Positions 28,514-36,163 of a stretch of 64,000 nucleotides of DNA are shown here, one piece after another; the stretch's first letter is position 1, and each line of letters begins with the position of its first letter. The stretch spans positions 43,937-107,936 of IMG/VR virus record IMGVR_UViG_3300022833_000005; one strand, given 5' to 3'. Source of the stretch: a virus. The position numbers and the translations under genes were made by a program. The notes beneath the pieces are model-generated. The model was not told the DNA's origin and made no database searches. It worked only from the letters and a program-made list of their open reading frames with translations.

Positions 28514-28591
28514 GATAAAAATAATTACATGTTTATGCTATATTATGTCAATATTTTAATATAATGATGTTCATCTTATAATTAGAAGTGT

Positions 28592-28599
28592 TATATTTG
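28592..28599 (+). promoter_or_regulatory. -7 box (TATATTTG) for the lysis cluster
   Basis: TAnnTTTG in the divergent intergenic region. Confidence 0.55.
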
Positions 28600-28698
28600 T
28601 TACATATATTATGTATCATCAAGCAAATTGCGTTACTTATAGATTCTGTAGATAAGCATAAAGTTTGAACATATCATCTTAAAATACTCAATGTTAAC

Positions 28699-29019
28699 AT
28701 GAGCAATCCTACATTTCAACAACAAATAAAATCAGAGTTACACAGTATGGACCAACGTTTACACGAATTGGAAGAAAAAATGACTTCTATAGATACAAAA
28801 TTAACTCAAGTTGTGGAGGCGATATTGGGTAATGCTTTAACAAAAACAGGAGGTTTTGTTAGTGATATTGATGAACTTAAACAAAAAATAAAACTTTTAG
28901 AAGCTCAAATTGCAAAACAAGAAGAGTTTAAAAAGAAATTTTCATGGACAGTTGGGTTAATCACAATAGCAGCTCTTATTATACAATATATAACTAATGT
29001 TTATCCTAAAATTAAATAA
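28699..29019 (+). CDS. Coiled-coil protein with C-terminal TM helix (lysis-cluster membrane protein)
   Basis: Heptad-rich N-terminus, hydrophobic C-terminus, position next to holin and amidase. Confidence 0.6.
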   Translation: MSNPTFQQQIKSELHSMDQRLHELEEKMTSIDTKLTQVVEAILGNALTKTGGFVSDIDELKQKIKLLEAQIAKQEEFKKKFSWTVGLITIAALIIQYITNVYPKIK

Positions 29020-29020
29020 T

Positions 29021-29215
29021 ATGAGCACAAAAGAAAAAATAGACATATATTTGAAGAATTGGATTAGTAAAAAACTCCTAGCTTTTATAATTGCATGCTT
29101 TGCTTTATTTTCAGGATCTTTAACTTCTGGTGATTGGGTAATAATTGCAACAGTTTATATTTCTATACAAGGAGCAACAGATATTGTTGAACGACTTATG
29201 GTTGCTAGAAAATAA
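29021..29215 (+). CDS. Putative holin (2 TM helices)
   Basis: ISKKLLAFII...WVIIATVYISIQGATD; immediately upstream of the endolysin; start moved to ATG 29021. Confidence 0.6.
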   Translation: MSTKEKIDIYLKNWISKKLLAFIIACFALFSGSLTSGDWVIIATVYISIQGATDIVERLMVARK

Positions 29216-29216
29216 A

Positions 29217-29654
29217 ATGAGGGAAATAAATAAAATAATAATTCATTGTACAGCTACTCCTGAAGGAAGACATACTACTGTTGAAGATATCCGTAGGTGG
29301 CATGTTAATGAGAGAGGTTGGAGTGATATTGGATACCACTATGTAGTTTATTTAGATGGATCAGTACATAAAGGAAGACCTATTATTAGATCTGGAGTTC
29401 ATACTAAAGGTTATAATAGAAATTCAATAGGTATTACATACGTTGGGGGTATTGATAAAGATACTTTTAAACCAAAAGATACAAGAACCTGTGAACAAAA
29501 AGAGGCTTTACACAAGTTACTTATGGAATTAATGTGCACTTATGAAAAGGCTACATTACATGGTCATAATGAATTTGCTAGTAAAGCTTGTCCAAGTTTT
29601 ATTGTAGCTGATGAATACAAAGATGTAATCAATTTTTATAATGATGATGTTTAA
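29217..29654 (+). CDS. Endolysin, N-acetylmuramoyl-L-alanine amidase (T7 lysozyme/Amidase_2 family)
   Basis: IIIHCTAT, SDIGYHY, GHNEF..KACP zinc ligands; start moved to ATG 29217. Confidence 0.92.
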   Translation: MREINKIIIHCTATPEGRHTTVEDIRRWHVNERGWSDIGYHYVVYLDGSVHKGRPIIRSGVHTKGYNRNSIGITYVGGIDKDTFKPKDTRTCEQKEALHKLLMELMCTYEKATLHGHNEFASKACPSFIVADEYKDVINFYNDDV

Positions 29655-29958
29655 AATATTAAAAAATCAGTGGTTCGGAATCCTAATCATTTTTATACTA
29701 CTTTGGATGCAGTGTAAAACAGATAAATCTATAATCTTATACAAAGAACAAGTAGAAACTCTAAAAGAAAAAATTAAAGAGTATCAGGAAAAAGATAAAG
29801 TGCTAAATTTAAAAATAGATAGTTTATCTAATTTAGAAGTTGCTGTGGTGGAAAGAATAAAAACCATCAAACAAAAAGAATATGTACAAATTAAAATGGT
29901 TGATATTTTGCCTACTAGTAAGCTTCAAAAGTTTTTCACAGGCAGATATCCAGATTAA
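29641..29958 (+). CDS. Putative inner-membrane spanin-like protein
   Basis: N-terminal TM helix plus coiled coil, after the endolysin. Confidence 0.5.
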   Translation: MMMFKILKNQWFGILIIFILLWMQCKTDKSIILYKEQVETLKEKIKEYQEKDKVLNLKIDSLSNLEVAVVERIKTIKQKEYVQIKMVDILPTSKLQKFFTGRYPD

Positions 29959-30361
29959 GAAAGATTCAGTTGTTACATTATCTGAAAGTCAAGCTAGGAG
30001 AGTTATTAAAGATCTAATACGATATGAAGCTCTTATACTTGTTTCTTCTGAATTAGAAGACCGTATATCTATTTTAGTAAAAAAAGAAAATGTATTTGTA
30101 CAAAAAATCATAGTTAAAGATTCTATAATATCTATACAACAACAGTATATTGATATACAAGATAAGGTAATAAATACAAAAAAACCTTTAAGATTTAATG
30201 GTTTTATAGGAATTCAAACACAACAGATATCTATAGAAAATCCTATATTGTATTTTCAAACTGAAGTGGAATTTAGAAAATTTAACATTGGTGCTAGAGT
30301 ATTTGTTAAACCAGATAGCTTTGCAGGATACGGATTAATAATTGAATATAAAATATTTTAA
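29882..30361 (+). CDS. Putative outer-membrane spanin-like protein with signal peptide
   Basis: Overlaps the preceding gene; signal-peptide-like N-terminus; beta-strand C-terminus ending in YKIF. Confidence 0.5.
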   Translation: MYKLKWLIFCLLVSFKSFSQADIQIKKDSVVTLSESQARRVIKDLIRYEALILVSSELEDRISILVKKENVFVQKIIVKDSIISIQQQYIDIQDKVINTKKPLRFNGFIGIQTQQISIENPILYFQTEVEFRKFNIGARVFVKPDSFAGYGLIIEYKIF

Positions 30362-30362
30362 T

Positions 30363-30524
30363 ATGAGAAATTTAGAAATTGTAGATTGGAAAATAGTAAT
30401 AGCTTTTCATTGGCCTCACCATAGATTTGCTTTAGGTTGGGATTTTATAAATCCTAACAAAGAGTTTAATTACACCACTATCAATTTATATTTATTGATA
30501 GCAACTGTAACAATAGATTTCTAA
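30363..30524 (+). CDS. Small hypothetical protein
   Basis: ATG 1 nt after the previous stop; 53 aa. Confidence 0.55.
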   Translation: MRNLEIVDWKIVIAFHWPHHRFALGWDFINPNKEFNYTTINLYLLIATVTIDF

Positions 30525-30602
30525 TTAAATTAATTAGCTTAAGTTTAATTATTCTAGTTATTTTAATTTTATTATAAGTTAAAATAGTGTTGAGAATATT
30601 CA

Positions 30603-30610
30603 TACTTTTG
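30603..30610 (+). promoter_or_regulatory. -7 box (TACTTTTG) upstream of the poly-Thr/GT cassette
   Basis: TAnnTTTG 25 nt upstream of ATG 30636. Confidence 0.55.
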
Positions 30611-30635
30611 TAATATATACTAAAAATAAAATAAA

Positions 30636-30770
30636 ATGGCTGTACCTTCTAAACAAATAAGTTGGGGAGCAACAGAAAACTTGTTATGGAATATTTCTAA
30701 ACAATTAGAAAGATTAATACAAGTAACTGGAACCCCAGCAACAACAACAACTACTACAACAGTAGTATAG
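30636..30770 (+). CDS. 44-aa mini-protein with C-terminal poly-Thr tail (not in ORF track)
   Basis: MAVPSKQISWGATENLLWNISKQLERLIQVTGTPATTTTTTTVV*; A-rich leader and promoter box. Confidence 0.75.
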   Translation: MAVPSKQISWGATENLLWNISKQLERLIQVTGTPATTTTTTTVV

Positions 30771-30776
30771 TAACTA

Positions 30777-30791
30777 GTCGCAAATTGCGAC
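30777..30791. repeat. Perfect 7-1-7 palindrome GTCGCAAATTGCGAC
   Basis: Seen directly in the intergenic gap. Confidence 0.8.
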
Positions 30792-30812
30792 CACAAAACC
30801 ACCAACTACATA

Positions 30813-31832
30813 ATGAAAGACTTAAAATTTATTTGTGCACAGCCAGATGATATATACTATACATGGCAAGTACATCTTTGGTTAGAAAGTTTAAAAGAGA
30901 TAGGTCAAATAAAGAATGCTATAGTTCTAGTATTTATACCTGCATATAGACCATTCAGTGACAAATGGCAAAAGATTCAAGATCTTTATCCTGATGCTGA
31001 ATTTAACTTTTATAAAGATGAAGAGAATGAAGTGGGTAAACTACTTTCAATATACATTCCTATACTTAGACCTTGGTTACTTTGTAAGTATTTCAAAGAA
31101 AATCCAGCAATGTCTGATAAAGCTGTATTTTATTGTGATAGTGATATTTTATTTACAGACAAATTTAATATAGAACAATTTATAGAAGATGAAGTTTGTT
31201 ATTTATCTGATACAAATAGCTATATAAATGCTAATTATTTTGATAGTAAAGTGAATCAGGTGTTACCTGAAAAACTTGAAGAGTATAAAAATAAAGATGT
31301 TCTTTCTGAAATAGCAAATATTATAGGAATAACTAGAAAGATTTGTGAAGATCATAATGATCATTCTGGAGGAGCTCAGTATCTTCTTAAGAATATAGAT
31401 CATACATTTTGGAGTAAAGTGATGAATGATTGTATTCTAATAAGAACATATTTACAACAAGTAAATAGAGAATTCTTTAAAACTGAAAACGATGGATACC
31501 AATCATGGTGTGCAGATATGTGGGCAGTTCTTTGGAATTTATGGATGAGAGAGCAAGAAACTAAAGTGGTTCCTGAATTAGCATTTGCATGGGGTCCAGA
31601 TCCTATAGTTAAACTAGATACACATACTATATATCACAATGCTGGTATTATAGGAACAGAACAACAAGGAATGCCCTGTTTTTACAAAGGTAAATATCAT
31701 TCTGGAATAGATCCTACAAAGGACCCTCATTTAGATGTAGTCTTGAATGATGAAAAAACTAAAAATTATTGCACTTGGTATTATGCCAAAGCATTAGATA
31801 ATATAAAAAATAAATATAACCTTAATTACTAA
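30813..31832 (+). CDS. GT-A fold glycosyltransferase, candidate protein O-glycosyltransferase (GT95/GT96-like motifs)
   Basis: YYTWQ, YIPILRP, FYCDSD (DxD), WCADMWA, IYHN motifs. Confidence 0.65.
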   Translation: MKDLKFICAQPDDIYYTWQVHLWLESLKEIGQIKNAIVLVFIPAYRPFSDKWQKIQDLYPDAEFNFYKDEENEVGKLLSIYIPILRPWLLCKYFKENPAMSDKAVFYCDSDILFTDKFNIEQFIEDEVCYLSDTNSYINANYFDSKVNQVLPEKLEEYKNKDVLSEIANIIGITRKICEDHNDHSGGAQYLLKNIDHTFWSKVMNDCILIRTYLQQVNREFFKTENDGYQSWCADMWAVLWNLWMREQETKVVPELAFAWGPDPIVKLDTHTIYHNAGIIGTEQQGMPCFYKGKYHSGIDPTKDPHLDVVLNDEKTKNYCTWYYAKALDNIKNKYNLNY

Positions 31833-31850
31833 CCCTTTAATTATAAACAA

Positions 31851-32030
31851 ATGGGAAGCCCAATTGACAAACGTCCATTAAAAGCTTTTGTTAGATTCGA
31901 TGGATCTGGCAGAGTAGTACCAAGTAGCTTAGTTCTACGAAGAAATAAACCTAAAGTAGGAAAATGGCAAGAAATTGTAGCATATGAATGTTGCAATCCT
32001 ACCACTACTACAACTACCACTACAGTGTAA
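31851..32030 (+). CDS. 59-aa mini-protein with C-terminal poly-Thr tail (not in ORF track)
   Basis: MGSPIDKRPLKAFVRFDGSGRVVPSSLVLRRNKPKVGKWQEIVAYECCNPTTTTTTTTV*; Thr run uses mixed codons. Confidence 0.78.
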   Translation: MGSPIDKRPLKAFVRFDGSGRVVPSSLVLRRNKPKVGKWQEIVAYECCNPTTTTTTTTV

Positions 32031-32049
32031 TGAATAAATAATATAGTAA

Positions 32050-32078
32050 AGGGTCAAGAGTTAATTCTTTTGATCCTA
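32050..32078 (+). terminator. Stem-loop downstream of the poly-Thr/GT cassette
   Basis: gggtcaagag...cttttgatcc inverted repeat with G-U pairs; no strong U-tract. Confidence 0.35.
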
Positions 32079-32106
32079 CTGTATTATAACTAACAATAAC
32101 TATTAC

Positions 32107-32394
32107 ATGCAAATAAGTAGAAAGTTTTTTCCTGAAATAATATTAGAGAATGAAAAAACATACTTTGCACACTTAGAAGGTGTAATTAGTTCTGTTGATG
32201 AATATTCTACATTGCAAATAACAAAAAGTGTAAATTCTTATATATTTAGATTAGCACCAAGTGTTCCAAAATATAATAATTTGTTATTAGAAGAAATTTT
32301 CAAATTGCATAAATTATTCAGAATACACCTAGATGTATCTAAAAGCATTAAGTCTACAGGAACTATAGTATTTAGGATAAATTTGGAAGATTAG
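32107..32394 (+). CDS. Hypothetical protein
   Basis: 95-aa ORF in block orientation. Confidence 0.65.
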   Translation: MQISRKFFPEIILENEKTYFAHLEGVISSVDEYSTLQITKSVNSYIFRLAPSVPKYNNLLLEEIFKLHKLFRIHLDVSKSIKSTGTIVFRINLED

Positions 32395-32406
32395 TAAATA
32401 TTTTCA

Positions 32407-32414
32407 TATCTTTG
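32407..32414 (+). promoter_or_regulatory. -7 box (TATCTTTG) with -33 TTTG at 32382-32385
   Basis: TTTG-N21-TAnnTTTG. Confidence 0.6.
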
Positions 32415-32445
32415 TTGAAATATAAACTAATAAATTAAAATAATT

Positions 32446-32706
32446 ATGGCACATTACGATTCTCAAAAAAGGTACACTTGGACTCCTGAAGACAAGTTTG
32501 AAATTACAGGACAAGAATTTGGACTAATTCTTAATACAGTTAGATCTTATTTAGCATCAGAAGATGCAGCACGTTTTCAACTAATGCAACAAACTAATCA
32601 AGTAATTGAAAAGATTATGAAAGCTGGTGTTGAAAATGATGTTATTAAAGAAGCAGTTGATGAAGTACAAGAACCTGTAAAGAATTCAATGGAGGTGGTA
32701 AATTAA
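32446..32706 (+). CDS. Hypothetical protein
   Basis: 86-aa ORF with an A-rich leader after a promoter box. Confidence 0.7.
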   Translation: MAHYDSQKRYTWTPEDKFEITGQEFGLILNTVRSYLASEDAARFQLMQQTNQVIEKIMKAGVENDVIKEAVDEVQEPVKNSMEVVN

Positions 32707-32715
32707 AACATTTAA

Positions 32716-32874
32716 ATGTCAGCAAAAAAAATGATAAAACGTGCAGATGGGTCCTACAGCAAACGAGGTTTGTGGGACAACATCCGTGCAAACAAAGGTT
32801 CTGGTAAAAAACCTACTAAATCAATGTTGGCACAAGAAAAAAAGATTAAATCTAAAACTAGTAAAAAGAAATAA
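32716..32874 (+). CDS. Small Lys-rich protein (not in ORF track)
   Basis: MSAKKMIKRADGSYSKRGLWDNIRANKGSGKKPTKSMLAQEKKIKSKTSKKK*. Confidence 0.7.
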   Translation: MSAKKMIKRADGSYSKRGLWDNIRANKGSGKKPTKSMLAQEKKIKSKTSKKK

Positions 32875-32876
32875 TT

Positions 32877-32999
32877 ATGGCTGCAACATTCAAACCACAT
32901 AAAATGTATAGTAAATCTGGAGCTGTTAAAATGGCTAATACCATGAAAGATCATTTAGATTTAAAAAAGAAAGGTTGGGGCCACACTAAAAAGAAATAA
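32877..32999 (+). CDS. Small Lys-rich protein (not in ORF track)
   Basis: MAATFKPHKMYSKSGAVKMANTMKDHLDLKKKGWGHTKKK*. Confidence 0.65.
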   Translation: MAATFKPHKMYSKSGAVKMANTMKDHLDLKKKGWGHTKKK

Positions 33000-33028
33000 A
33001 TCTTACACTTAATAAAAATTGAACGTCC

Positions 33029-33283
33029 ATGGCTACACCACGCAAGGGAAAAGCGAAAGTAAAAATAACTTCAGCAGGAAAGAAGGTTAGTTACGGTCAA
33101 GCAGGAAATGCTAAAGGTGGTGGATCAAGAGTTAAACCAGGTACTTCTAAAGGTGATAGTTATTGTGCTAGAAGTTTAGGTATTAAGAAAGGTTTATCAA
33201 AAAGTAAGCAAAACGACCCTAATACTCCAAACAACTTATCTCGTAAAAGATGGAAGTGTTCAGGAGCTAAATCTAAAAAATAA
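33029..33283 (+). CDS. Small basic protein (DUF6321-like)
   Basis: VSYGQAG...SYCARS...RKRWKC motif typical of aquatic phage basic proteins. Confidence 0.7.
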   Translation: MATPRKGKAKVKITSAGKKVSYGQAGNAKGGGSRVKPGTSKGDSYCARSLGIKKGLSKSKQNDPNTPNNLSRKRWKCSGAKSKK

Positions 33284-33299
33284 CAAAAAAAGTAAAATT

Positions 33300-33482
33300 A
33301 TGAAAGCAATGAAAGTAAAAAAAGCTATGTCTGGTAAAAAAATGACATACAAATCAGGTGGATCCTTAGGAATGAAATCAGTAAAATCTGGATTTGACAA
33401 AAACAAATCAATTACAAGAGCAGATATTATTGCAGCTTCTAAGAAAAAAGCTAAAATGGGTGGCAAAGTGAAAAAGAAATAA
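33300..33482 (+). CDS. Small Lys-rich protein
   Basis: 60 aa, very basic, with KSGG/KMGG motifs. Confidence 0.7.
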   Translation: MKAMKVKKAMSGKKMTYKSGGSLGMKSVKSGFDKNKSITRADIIAASKKKAKMGGKVKKK

Positions 33483-33484
33483 GT

Positions 33485-34129
33485 TTACATTTGCTTTAAT
33501 TTATTACCCCAAGTAGAAATACCACTTGCGTGATCTAAATAGTATTGCCATTCTTCTGGTATAGATGTTACATCTAAATACCAGGGTGTATGTTTAATAC
33601 AATAAGGTTTATCAAGTCTAATAGCATCATAAGAAAATACTGAGTGTGGTTTGTAGAGAGCAAATGTAGTATCTACATGAGCTTCCCAACCATACTCATT
33701 TTCTTTTTCCCAATATTTTGATTCATGGGTATGTGCTTGTATTCCTATTTCAGTATTAGGTAAGTCTTCTATATCTAATGAAAACCCTATTTTAAATGCA
33801 CCTGATTTATCTAAAACATTTATCATAACATCCAACCAATCTGAAGGTACATTATCATATGTACAATCTGGATCTGCTACAATAAACATACCTTCTCTTA
33901 AGTGATCAATTGATGCATCCCATGCAACATAAGGTCCACTGTTGTTTTTTGAATAATGAACAATTTCAGGTATTGTCTTATACCATTCTAATAAAGGAGG
34001 ATAAGTAGAAGATTGATCCAATATATGGATTTCTTCCACCCTAACCTCTTTTCTTAAAAATTCTATAGTAGCTTTAAGTGTAGTTAATAGATTTCTATTT
34101 ACTATTATTGCTTTTACTAACATACACAT
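33485..34129 (-). CDS. Glycosyltransferase family 2-like protein
   Basis: IVNRN...ILDQSSTYPPL...ADPD...DTTFALY. Confidence 0.7.
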   Translation of the reverse strand: MCMLVKAIIVNRNLLTTLKATIEFLRKEVRVEEIHILDQSSTYPPLLEWYKTIPEIVHYSKNNSGPYVAWDASIDHLREGMFIVADPDCTYDNVPSDWLDVMINVLDKSGAFKIGFSLDIEDLPNTEIGIQAHTHESKYWEKENEYGWEAHVDTTFALYKPHSVFSYDAIRLDKPYCIKHTPWYLDVTSIPEEWQYYLDHASGISTWGNKLKQM

Positions 34130-34865
34130 CTAACATTTTTTGATAATCTTTTTGCCAAGCAGGAACTAAATCAATATCTCCTGTAGGTATTTTACCTGCT
34201 AATCTTAATCCTTCTATGTGTGCTGAATGTCTTTGTATGATGTTTGGTTTAATTTCATCATCTGTACCTTGGCCAGATTGATGATAACCTCTACCACCCC
34301 ACATATAAAACCAAGAAGCTTCTGAATCAGGCATTTTAGCATCAATAACAAATTGTCTACCTAAAGCATGAATTCTACTAGTAAGTGTTGTATCACCCCC
34401 AGCGTTCTCCAGAGGGCTTTTCCCGATCTCTTCCCAAACTTTCTTACTATATACTATTCCTGAATTACCAATGCCTGTAATGTTAGTAATTGATGGTTCG
34501 TTATAGAAAATACCTGTTTCCCAATGAATAATATTAGTGTCAGCTTTCCAAAATTTAGCAACATTAGATAAATGATTAGATAAAGCTACATCATCATCAT
34601 CCCAAACAGCAATAAGTCCATCTTTACATCTTTCAATAGCATAGTTTTCTTTTTCACCTATTGTTTTAAATGTTTCATTAAGATTATATATCTTTACTTG
34701 AGGATGATCAAATACTAATTTTTGTTGTGGGTAATCATTTACTATAATTAACTCACATCTATCTTTAGGATAATCTTGTATTAGAAAACTATGTAGGGCT
34801 TCCACTAATGTGTCAACCCTTCCATATGTTATACATTTACAAGATATAAATGGTAAAATTTGCAT
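34095..34865 (-). CDS. Glycosyltransferase family 2 protein
   Basis: CITYGR...SFLIQDY...IIVND...VWDDDD. Confidence 0.8.
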   Translation of the reverse strand: MQILPFISCKCITYGRVDTLVEALHSFLIQDYPKDRCELIIVNDYPQQKLVFDHPQVKIYNLNETFKTIGEKENYAIERCKDGLIAVWDDDDVALSNHLSNVAKFWKADTNIIHWETGIFYNEPSITNITGIGNSGIVYSKKVWEEIGKSPLENAGGDTTLTSRIHALGRQFVIDAKMPDSEASWFYMWGGRGYHQSGQGTDDEIKPNIIQRHSAHIEGLRLAGKIPTGDIDLVPAWQKDYQKMLDVYVSKSNNSK

Positions 34866-35176
34866 TACCAGATATGTATTATATCAAAAGGAGATAAAAG
34901 TAAAACATCTTTATCAGGAGTTAATGGAATTAACATTGCTTCTTTTAATTTAGATGGATCTACTAGTACTATATCTCCTGGTTTACAGAAATTTACTGAA
35001 TTTCCAACATCAAAAACTGTAAGTTTAGACATCTTCTTTAACATTTCTCTCTGTAAATCTTCTTTTGTAGCTGAATCAACTATAATTTTACTTTTTTCAT
35101 CTTTTTTAGGAACACTAACATAAATTCTGTTTCCTATAAGTTCTTTGTACGGTTTTTTAATTTCCATTTTCTTCAA
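34865..35176 (-). CDS. groES: GroES-like co-chaperonin
   Basis: LIGNRIYV...VFDVG...KPGDIVLV...FDII fold signature. Confidence 0.65.
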   Translation of the reverse strand: MKKMEIKKPYKELIGNRIYVSVPKKDEKSKIIVDSATKEDLQREMLKKMSKLTVFDVGNSVNFCKPGDIVLVDPSKLKEAMLIPLTPDKDVLLLSPFDIIHIW

Positions 35177-35468
35177 TGTTTGTTAATTTATTAAATCGTT
35201 TTACGTCTTCTCCATGTAAATATGCTTCAGTTTGAAAGATCTCTGTTTTTTTTCTGATACCAATAACTTTATTTGTCTTAGTGTTGATATTAGGTACTTC
35301 TTGAGTACGTTCATGCATGTCATCTAATAGTATTACTAATGTATCATCATTCATTTGTACACTTCTGATAACCTTATTTAGATTAATACTATCTGTGTAT
35401 TCTTTGTATTCTACAGGATCTGTATCTTGTATTTCTTCTTTACGTGTGTAAAAAAATTGGTTTCTCAT
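35157..35468 (-). CDS. Hypothetical protein
   Basis: 103-aa ORF overlapping the next gene. Confidence 0.7.
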   Translation of the reverse strand: MRNQFFYTRKEEIQDTDPVEYKEYTDSINLNKVIRSVQMNDDTLVILLDDMHERTQEVPNINTKTNKVIGIRKKTEIFQTEAYLHGEDVKRFNKLTNIEENGN

Positions 35469-35486
35469 AATTATTAATATTTAATG

Positions 35487-35756
35487 TTAGTCGTTTTCCC
35501 AAAGTTCTTTGGAGTTTTGTATTTCTTTTATTAATGATTTGTATTGTTTTTTAGTTAATAAACCTGCTTGCCTGTGAACTATTTTATCATTCACTTTAAA
35601 TATTATAATAGGTATATTCCTTATATTATATTCTACAGCTAATTTAGGTTGTAAGTCTATGTCAATATTTGTTATTCCTTCTATTCCTTCTAATGCTTGA
35701 CTTAACATTCTACACGGTCCACACCAGGTAGCACTAAATTTTAATACTTCAATCAT
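35487..35756 (-). CDS. trxA: Thioredoxin
   Basis: FSATWCGPC active site and IP cis-Pro motif. Confidence 0.9.
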   Translation of the reverse strand: MIEVLKFSATWCGPCRMLSQALEGIEGITNIDIDLQPKLAVEYNIRNIPIIIFKVNDKIVHRQAGLLTKKQYKSLIKEIQNSKELWEND

Positions 35757-36163
35757 TCTAATTTATGTTTATTTAATAAATATTTACGTATATCATTGAT
35801 TTTTTGATATCTATATATATCAGCTTCTACATTTGCATGCTCATTAATTGTCAAAAGTATAATATTTTCTTCATCCATCCTACCTTCTGGATACTTATTT
35901 TTTGGTAGTATGTGATGAAAATATGAGCTCAAAGCTTCAGTACCTAAAAAATCACCACTAATTTCAGAAACATGAGATCTTTCTCCCCAAATCTTTTTAA
36001 ATAATATGTGATTTTTATTTGGTTGGGATTTACCAACATTAGCCTTGAATTTCTTAGCTAATGCTGGTGATTGTAATCCTCTTGTACTAAGTAATTGTTT
36101 TCTAGGTTTATGTAAAAAACAATATTCAGAATCTGCAGTTTTACCACAAGTTAAACATTTCAT
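35753..36163 (-). CDS. HNH/NinG-like nuclease-fold protein with N-terminal Zn knuckle
   Basis: CxxC...CxxH; FHHILPK...ENIILL...EH. Confidence 0.5.
   Translation of the reverse strand: MKCLTCGKTADSEYCFLHKPRKQLLSTRGLQSPALAKKFKANVGKSQPNKNHILFKKIWGERSHVSEISGDFLGTEALSSYFHHILPKNKYPEGRMDEENIILLTINEHANVEADIYRYQKINDIRKYLLNKHKLE

Noticed and set aside
30620-30805. Minus-strand 61-aa poly-Val ORF from the track
   Set aside because: Antisense shadow of the plus-strand poly-Thr mini-gene, which has a promoter and leader
32754-33466. Minus-strand Phe/Leu-rich ORFs
   Set aside because: Antisense shadows of the Lys-rich plus-strand genes
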